Shown here in pieces: positions 1 through 5,487 of a stretch of 20,000 nt of DNA. Every line of letters starts with the position of its first letter. Within the stretch, counting starts at the first letter, position 1. A program made the position numbers and the translations under genes. Source of the stretch: an uncultured virus (IMG/VR IMGVR_UViG_3300005611_000020) (lineage: Duplodnaviria; Heunggongvirae; Uroviricota; Caudoviricetes); the IMG/VR virus record IMGVR_UViG_3300005611_000020, one strand, 5' to 3'. The notes below the pieces were generated by a model. It searched no databases and was not told where the DNA came from. It saw only the letters and a program-made list of their open reading frames with translations.

Positions 1-155
1 GCCTGATGGACCCGTTCCATCGCGTCTACAATCTCACCCGCCTTCACATTGCCAAGCAATCTTGCGTTCGGGTTCCAGCTTTTTGCACAACGGAGAACAT
101 CCTCAATAATGGCATAACTATCGGTTGAAACCGAGTGCTCATTCACGTCACTCAT
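1..155 (-). CDS. Hypothetical protein, partial (runs off the left edge)
   Basis: Manual translation from ATG at 155..153 gives MSDVNEHSVSTDSYAIIEDVLRCAKSWNPNARLLGNVKAGEIVDAMERVHQ with no stop before the edge. A GAGG RBS lies just upstream. Not in the ORF track because it is truncated. Confidence 0.6.
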   Translation of the reverse strand, partial: MSDVNEHSVSTDSYAIIEDVLRCAKSWNPNARLLGNVKAGEIVDAMERVHQ

Positions 156-201
156 GTATTCCTCGCTTTCTCTTCGCACCGGTTAAACCGGGGCGTTCTG
201 T
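112..201 (+). mobile_element. Integron attC-like recombination site (imperfect inverted repeat)
   Basis: R'' GCATAAC (112-118), 5-nt spacer TATCG, 8-nt L'' GTTGAAAC (124-131), CGA-GTGC, loop, GCAC-CG, 7-nt L' GTTAAAC (182-188), 6-nt spacer CGGGGC, R' GTTCTGT (195-201). Box spacing and two unpaired bases follow canonical attC architecture. Confidence 0.65.
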
Positions 202-261
202 GGACTAAACCGCGTAAATGGTAAGCCTGAATTCTGGTCGTGGTCAGTTATGCTAGTGGTG

Positions 262-528
262 TTATCTGCTACGCCGGATCGCGTTTTCAAGGTCACCAAC
301 ATCAACGCGAAATCCGAACCCTTCCTCTGTCAAATCTGTGGATACAAAACAAGGCAGATCAATTCCACAACTCTCCATGCGATCGTAATCCATATCCAAC
401 GTCACACCACTTTTTCTGCACGCACGAAGCACGTCGCGAATGAACTCTGCCCGTGCTTCTGCCACAACGTCATGCTCACATTCGCATGCATACTTGCGGC
501 ACTCGTGACACATCCGCCCGTCACTCAT
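262..528 (-). CDS. Small hypothetical protein with N-terminal Cys cluster (CHECRKYACEC)
   Basis: 88-aa ORF with a strong AGAGGAG RBS, collinear with its neighbours. Confidence 0.7.
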   Translation of the reverse strand: MSDGRMCHECRKYACECEHDVVAEARAEFIRDVLRACRKSGVTLDMDYDRMESCGIDLPCFVSTDLTEEGFGFRVDVGDLENAIRRSR

Positions 529-544
529 GTTGAATGTCTCCTCT

Positions 545-778
545 TCACAGTTGCTGGTCCCTTTTATTGGTCACCAGTTGTTCGCTGGCAATTGCTACTC
601 TCGTGATTGCAGCCACCTGATCTGTCAGGCGTTCGTGCATTGCCTCTCGCTCTGCTTTCACGTCGTTGACGAATTCTTCACGGGCTTTGCGGTTAGCCAT
701 CTGGCACAACACTGCCCCTGAAAAGACACCTAATGCAAACGCGATCCCAGCACCGAATGCATGAATCATATCCCACAT
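545..778 (-). CDS. Small membrane-anchored hypothetical protein
   Basis: ORF track 545..802; the likely start is ATG 778 (MWDMIHAF), just after the upstream stop at 786. One hydrophobic helix (AFGAGIAFALGVFSGAVLC) is followed by a charged helical tail. Confidence 0.65.
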   Translation of the reverse strand: MWDMIHAFGAGIAFALGVFSGAVLCQMANRKAREEFVNDVKAEREAMHERLTDQVAAITRVAIASEQLVTNKRDQQL

Positions 779-785
779 TGATCCC

Positions 786-1022
786 TTACCTCTTTCCTTC
801 AAGTTTAGTAGTAGGAACTGTGGTCAACCCTTGTCTCTTCAAATGCCGCAGCAGTTTCTGCCTCGTGAGGAATTCATGCCGAGCATTCTCAGCAGAGCAA
901 TTCAGAAAGTAGGTACGGTAATACTCACATCTCTCAGCACTCTTGGAGTCCTCAGCAGACAGGTCGGAATACCTGATTGTTTCACGAATTAAATGAATCG
1001 CTGCCTCTAACCAATGCTCCAT
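786..1022 (-). CDS. Hypothetical protein
   Basis: ORF track 786..1040; the likely start is ATG 1022 with a GGGAG RBS, directly after the upstream stop at 1024-1026. Confidence 0.6.
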   Translation of the reverse strand: MEHWLEAAIHLIRETIRYSDLSAEDSKSAERCEYYRTYFLNCSAENARHEFLTRQKLLRHLKRQGLTTVPTTKLEGKR

Positions 1023-1023
1023 A

Positions 1024-1293
1024 TTAAGTTCTCCCATCATAAGGGTTATTGATTCGACTCACCATCTGATAACTCTGTGACTTCAACTTGGGATCGTACT
1101 TGCTGAAGATCAGAAGATTTGTTCTTTGTTCCTGGAGCTTCTTTCTCAAGTTACTGATGTGAACTCTGAGATTACTGTCGCTACACAATGTGCCATCTCT
1201 TGTTTGTAACTTGAGCTGTTCTCGACTGACAGGATTTCCAGACCTCAGAAGTCCCAACATTTTCTCTTCTGTCTCACTCAATTGGAGTGTCAT
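1024..1293 (-). CDS. Stand-alone OmpR/PhoB-type winged-helix DNA-binding protein (Trans_reg_C-like)
   Basis: LSETEEKMLGLL...VSREQL...NLRVHISNLRKKL matches the OmpR C-terminal domain pattern. 89 aa, no receiver domain. Confidence 0.8.
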   Translation of the reverse strand: MTLQLSETEEKMLGLLRSGNPVSREQLKLQTRDGTLCSDSNLRVHISNLRKKLQEQRTNLLIFSKYDPKLKSQSYQMVSRINNPYDGRT

Positions 1294-1303
1294 ATCTGGC
1301 TTT

Positions 1304-3337
1304 CTAGTTGACTGGTGATGGTGGTCTCTTCTTGGAAATCTTCAGGTCGTCTCCTACCCATTGGCTTCCCTTCCTTGCTGATTTGGATTTCTTCAAAGCT
1401 CTTTCAATTTGATCTTTGGTCCTGATCTGCTTCTGTTTTCTTGTGATGACCTTTTTGGTTTTCGGATCGTAGAATCTCTTTTCTCTACCGATCAAAGGCT
1501 CACCAACATTCGCTGGCTTGAAAGTACATTTGCAATTGGGATGCCGTGGAATCAAGCCTCTGGCTTCTTTCACAGTAAGAACTAAACCATCAAGAGGAGC
1601 ACACAAATCACAAGGTGAAGGATTCCCTTTACCTGATATTCCTAGTCCTGATGTTGTCCACTCAGACATGACTCCAATCTCATCCAAACCATATCTCTCA
1701 AGACCATCTAATTGTCCTTCAGCGTGTGCTCTGATTGTGTTGCCTGTGTATACTCCATTAGCTATATTGAAGTACCCATCCTTTGTTTCAAGGTTATACA
1801 CATGCCCAGAAAATGGTCTGAATCGCACAGAGATTACATCGTCCAACTCTACATGTCTGGAATGACTCAGCGAGCAGTTGCTGAGCATATTGGATCGGAT
1901 CAGAAACAAGTTGGAAAAGTCCTTAGACAAAGAGGAGTCAGTAGGTCTGTCTCTGATGCTCAAAAACTCACTTGGATTCAAGGAAGGGAAGCCTACCAAT
2001 TCAGGCATGACCTTCCTGTTGATGACATTATCAAGAGATACAAATCTGGAGAGTCCCTGATAAGTCTTGCCAAGCGATTCAAAACAGATAGAAATGCTAT
2101 CAAAGATCGGTTGAAGAGTTCTGGAATATCTCTGAGAAGTAGGACAGAAGCATACTCCCTTATTGACCGGGAGAAGTCTGCTACAAAACAAGCAAAAAGA
2201 AGAAGCAGAAAGACCGGTTACGGAGAAGACATTGTTTGCCAATGGCTCAAGGATAGGGGAGAAATTCCCATACATCAATTCCCTGTTGGTACTCGCAACA
2301 TCGACATAGCCATTGACTCCATCGCCGTGGAAGTCTGGTTCTCTACTACGTCTCCTTTCAAAGACTCCTACTGTTTGAAGCGTACTGAATATCTCGCTAA
2401 TCTTGGTTGGACTTCTTTTTATATCCACATCTCCAGACAAAGTAAGGTTCTTATTCCTGCTGTCACAGATAAGTTGATGACCTTTATTGAGACTTCCAGA
2501 ACTGATCCATCCATCTTGCGTGAGCATCGGGTGATTAGGGGTTGTGGTGAATTGTCTGCCATTGCGAGTTTTAATCTCGACAACATCACCTTCATACCAC
2601 CTTCGAAAAGCTGCCCTCACCATAGCACTATCAACAAGAGTGTCAGGAAGTAAGCACTCTGTTTGAGCAATGGTATTAGCTCTTGTTTTTCCAATCTTAT
2701 CAACACGATCATTCAACCTTCTGGCAACTTCTTTTGGTTGAAGACCTTGCGTTAGCCCATCAATCAATTCACGTTTGATCTGAGCTTCCATTGCGTCGGT
2801 AACGCCTTTAAGGTCAGTCAATACCCTACTGGCGACCTGCTTGACTCTTTCAACAGATACTGGATGAGAGAAGCTCTGACGTAAGAATTCTTTCTTACTC
2901 CCTACGAAGACATCCGAGATGTCCTCTGTGATTGATGATAGCTTATTGAGGTCAGTAAAGATTCTACCAACACCTCTCTGATACCCTTCCCAGACATAAG
3001 AATACCAGTAAGCATCTTCGATTGTAGCAATCTCAGTGTCTTGGATTATCTCTTCGGAGATTTGTTGTGAGAGCCATACTCCAAAGAGTTGTAGCTTTTC
3101 CGAATCCGTTCTGAAACGCCATCGATTGTTCTGAGTGATATTGCCAACAAGACCAGTGGTATCAAAAGCAATCCTTGAGGTATTTTTAGAAGCAGGAGCG
3201 ATACCAAAAGCATCTTCTGTAATAACCAGATCATTGATCAGCCTTTTCAATTTCTCAAAGCGTCTCAAGAATTCTCGACGAAACTTATCCCTAAGTGTCT
3301 TTGTTCTTGATGGATCAATCCTTGCGGGTGAAGTCAT
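1304..3337 (-). CDS. Phage head morphogenesis protein (MuF / SPP1 gp7 family) interrupted by an intein; about 371 aa after splicing
   Basis: RANTIAQTE|TIRAHAEG rejoins the MuF 'RA..IA.TE...A' motif once the insert is removed. C-terminal CDLC...IPRHPNCKC signature. Lies downstream of terminase and portal. Confidence 0.9.
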   Translation of the reverse strand: MTSPARIDPSRTKTLRDKFRREFLRRFEKLKRLINDLVITEDAFGIAPASKNTSRIAFDTTGLVGNITQNNRWRFRTDSEKLQLFGVWLSQQISEEIIQDTEIATIEDAYWYSYVWEGYQRGVGRIFTDLNKLSSITEDISDVFVGSKKEFLRQSFSHPVSVERVKQVASRVLTDLKGVTDAMEAQIKRELIDGLTQGLQPKEVARRLNDRVDKIGKTRANTIAQTECLLPDTLVDSAMVRAAFRRWYEGDVVEIKTRNGRQFTTTPNHPMLTQDGWISSGSLNKGHQLICDSRNKNLTLSGDVDIKRSPTKISEIFSTLQTVGVFERRRSREPDFHGDGVNGYVDVASTNRELMYGNFSPILEPLANNVFSVTGLSASSFCLFCSRLLPVNKGVCFCPTSQRYSRTLQPIFDSISICFESLGKTYQGLSRFVSLDNVINRKVMPELVGFPSLNPSEFLSIRDRPTDSSLSKDFSNLFLIRSNMLSNCSLSHSRHVELDDVISVRFRPFSGHVYNLETKDGYFNIANGVYTGNTIRAHAEGQLDGLERYGLDEIGVMSEWTTSGLGISGKGNPSPCDLCAPLDGLVLTVKEARGLIPRHPNCKCTFKPANVGEPLIGREKRFYDPKTKKVITRKQKQIRTKDQIERALKKSKSARKGSQWVGDDLKISKKRPPSPVN
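1740..1768 (+). promoter_or_regulatory. Putative sigma70-type promoter for the antisense endonuclease gene
   Basis: TTGCCT (1740-1745), 17-nt spacer, TATATT (1763-1768). It lies 33 nt upstream of ATG 1802, with a weak AAGGT SD before the ATG. Confidence 0.55.
1802..2653 (+). CDS. Putative homing endonuclease: two HTH repeats plus a Vsr/DUF559-like PD-(D/E)XK nuclease domain, antisense to the intein
   Basis: ORF track 1712..2653; ATG 1802 gives 283 aa. HTH1 is IVQLYMSGMTQRAVAEHIGSDQKQVGKVLRQRGV and HTH2 is IIKRYKSGESLISLAKRFKTDRNAIKDRLKSSGI. The nuclease-like region is GEDIVCQWL..QFPVGTRNIDIAIDSIAVEV...KRTEYLANLGWTSFYI. Confidence 0.85.
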   Translation: MPRKWSESHRDYIVQLYMSGMTQRAVAEHIGSDQKQVGKVLRQRGVSRSVSDAQKLTWIQGREAYQFRHDLPVDDIIKRYKSGESLISLAKRFKTDRNAIKDRLKSSGISLRSRTEAYSLIDREKSATKQAKRRSRKTGYGEDIVCQWLKDRGEIPIHQFPVGTRNIDIAIDSIAVEVWFSTTSPFKDSYCLKRTEYLANLGWTSFYIHISRQSKVLIPAVTDKLMTFIETSRTDPSILREHRVIRGCGELSAIASFNLDNITFIPPSKSCPHHSTINKSVRK

Positions 3338-3339
3338 AA

Positions 3340-3543
3340 TCAGTTTCCAAAGTTTGGAGTCTTGTAGACTTTTGGCATCTTGATGGATTGAGTCGGGTGA
3401 GACTCATGATTCGTAGTTGACACTTTCATTAAAGCTTCATTTTCTTCCCTGATCTTCTTTGCTTCATCAGCAATTTCCTGAGGGGATGGGGTGTACCTTG
3501 CTTCAAACAGCCTACGTCCCTTTGCTTTTTTACGTTTCATCAT
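3340..3543 (-). CDS. Small hypothetical protein (YTPSPQEIADEAKKIRE helix motif)
   Basis: 67-aa ORF whose start overlaps the stop of the acetyltransferase and whose stop is 2 nt from the MuF start, which suggests translational coupling. Confidence 0.65.
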   Translation of the reverse strand: MMKRKKAKGRRLFEARYTPSPQEIADEAKKIREENEALMKVSTTNHESHPTQSIKMPKVYKTPNFGN

Positions 3544-4046
3544 TGAGAGACTCGCGTGAATGGTTCGGTGTATTGCATCACATAAGCATCTTCGTCGTTT
3601 TCCTCATAAGACTTTTTGATGATGCTTGTTGCTCTGAAGTCGTGAGCGGAAAAGAACATTTGAGCTGACAGATTGGATTCTCTGACTGTCACTGTCATTC
3701 TACTTCTTTTGTGGAAACTCAGTTTTTCCATGAGTCTTTTCAGCAGTTGACTTCCAACATTTCGTCGTTGAAAATCACTTTCAACTGCCAGGTTCAAAAT
3801 GACAATATGGTCTTTGTTAAGTTCATAGACCATGTAGCCAATGACTTGATCGATGGACTGGTACGATATGACCATGCCAATAACTCTTGTCATCTTGAGA
3901 CAGGAAAGTAATTCATCTTCTGACCAAGGGAATTCGAAGATTTGTTTTTCCAGTTCAAGGACTCTCGCAAAGTCATCTCGTATCATCCATCTGATGAATA
4001 AGTCTTCTTCTGCGATTGGTTTGTTACTCTTGTGGAGTTGTTTCAT
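3540..4046 (-). CDS. rimI: RimI-like GNAT N-acetyltransferase
   Basis: IRWM..DF..VLELE...FEFPWS, ILNLAV...FQRRNVGSQLL (acetyl-CoA binding motif A), VRESNLSAQMFF, YEENDEDAYVM. Confidence 0.85.
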   Translation of the reverse strand: MKQLHKSNKPIAEEDLFIRWMIRDDFARVLELEKQIFEFPWSEDELLSCLKMTRVIGMVISYQSIDQVIGYMVYELNKDHIVILNLAVESDFQRRNVGSQLLKRLMEKLSFHKRSRMTVTVRESNLSAQMFFSAHDFRATSIIKKSYEENDEDAYVMQYTEPFTRVSQ

Positions 4047-5487
4047 TGATTCTGTCTCTTAATCCTTCCATAGTATTTTCGAGAATTTTGCGAGCTTCTT
4101 CGGCAGAGTAGTCCAACTCTCGGGTGAGGAAATCCAGTTCTGTCATAAGTGTTTGTGAAAGATCACCAGCGACGTATGCTACCATCGCTTTGACTCTCTC
4201 CGAAGTGTTCCTTGTTTTTTCTTCTTCGGACAGCTCATTCATGTCAGGCCATTGAACCTGAAACCCTTCTACTGGTTGTGGTAGTACGCCAGCATAGATA
4301 AGACGGTTAATGAATGGGACGATGATCTTTGGAGTGATGAATCCATTCTGTCGGAAACTCAATCTCTGGTTGTGGGTTTTTGAGTCTTGTGAGGATGCCA
4401 GTTCCCCACGTTCTGAGCCGAGGAAGATTCTCTTAGGAACTCCCAGGTAAACGCAGATGGCTTCAAGTTGAGCATCAATCTGCTCATTTGGTGAGACGAC
4501 TTGAGGAGCAAGACTTTTAACACTCATACCTGTTGAGATGATGTATCTCTGGAGCGTATTCATGTACTGCTCCATCGCATCTTTGAGTTCTTCAGTTTCG
4601 ATATCTTCAGGGTCAATAGTTGGGTGAGATTCGAAACTTAATCCGGGGAATGCTCCTCGCCAGTACATTTCAGCAGAGCCAGCATATAGCTTTCTCAAAT
4701 CCAGAATGCGGTTGAAGACTGGTAGCATTCTAGGAATGCCAAACAAGTCATTAGATGTTGCATTGTCAGCAATGTGAATAACTCTGGTATGATGGATTGA
4801 GACTTCGTTGATTCTTTGATGGATTTCGTCAGTAGCTACCGTCTGTGAATCAACGAATGAGACTTTGTAGTGTGTAGGTTTTCCATACCTTGGATTGCTT
4901 GGATCATTCTCATACCTCTCGATTCTGACTCTTGACTGGTCAAAGGCTTTCACTCCTAGAAGTTGTCTTGAGGTTTTACCATTAGATGGTTCAACAGGTT
5001 CAGAAAACATCTCACCATCATCAAATTCGAGTAGAAGAATTCCATAACTGCCAATACCACAAAGGCGGTCAGCACGATGAAGAATCTCCCAGATTGGTGA
5101 AGACTTCTCTTCATTATCAACAAAGAAACTCTCTTCTTCCTTTCCAATACTCTTACTTAGGTTGTTCCATGCATGCTCAAATTCTGTTTCTTCATCATTG
5201 CCTTCAGTTTCAAAAACTTCTGGATGAACTGCCCAACATTCATCGGGCAAGATGTTGACAATACGATTTGGAACACCTTCTCTTTCGTACATATCAACAT
5301 AGTGATCCTGAACAGTAATTGAGGCTGTTTCAGGATACCCACACTCATCGTTGATGCTTCTTCTGGGATCGATGTAACGCTTGAAGAAGTTCTGCCTTTG
5401 AGTGAATTCGTTAGCAACAAGCATTTCTACTCGTTTGATCATCGCTTGCTGTTGTTCGTTAAAAGTGGTTTTAGACAATTGCTCCAC
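4024..5487 (-). CDS. Phage portal protein (DUF1073-like)
   Basis: 487 aa directly after the large terminase. Motifs Y.REG...RIVN..PDECW, D.SNPRYGKP..Y, IHHTRVIH, GVPKRIFLGSERGELASSQD. Confidence 0.85.
   Translation of the reverse strand: MEQLSKTTFNEQQQAMIKRVEMLVANEFTQRQNFFKRYIDPRRSINDECGYPETASITVQDHYVDMYEREGVPNRIVNILPDECWAVHPEVFETEGNDEETEFEHAWNNLSKSIGKEEESFFVDNEEKSSPIWEILHRADRLCGIGSYGILLLEFDDGEMFSEPVEPSNGKTSRQLLGVKAFDQSRVRIERYENDPSNPRYGKPTHYKVSFVDSQTVATDEIHQRINEVSIHHTRVIHIADNATSNDLFGIPRMLPVFNRILDLRKLYAGSAEMYWRGAFPGLSFESHPTIDPEDIETEELKDAMEQYMNTLQRYIISTGMSVKSLAPQVVSPNEQIDAQLEAICVYLGVPKRIFLGSERGELASSQDSKTHNQRLSFRQNGFITPKIIVPFINRLIYAGVLPQPVEGFQVQWPDMNELSEEEKTRNTSERVKAMVAYVAGDLSQTLMTELDFLTRELDYSAEEARKILENTMEGLRDRINETTPQE

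Larger units (their letters stand above)
1739..2656 (-). mobile_element. Intein (306 aa, residues 228-533 of the MuF precursor)
   Basis: Block A CLLPDTLV (Cys1 codon 2656-2654), block B TTTPNHPML..GW, block F GHVYNLET, block G IANGVYTGN ending in Asn (1741-1739), followed by the +1 nucleophile Thr. Confidence 0.92.

Noticed and set aside
240..721. Plus-strand ORFs 240..443, 250..606 and 527..721
   Set aside because: They are shadows of minus-strand genes that have clear RBSs, and they show no recognisable motifs.
1712..1801. Upstream extension of the antisense endonuclease ORF given in the ORF track (313 aa)
   Set aside because: It starts at a non-ATG codon outside the intein and overlaps the predicted promoter. 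ATG 1802 has an SD and begins directly with the HTH domain.
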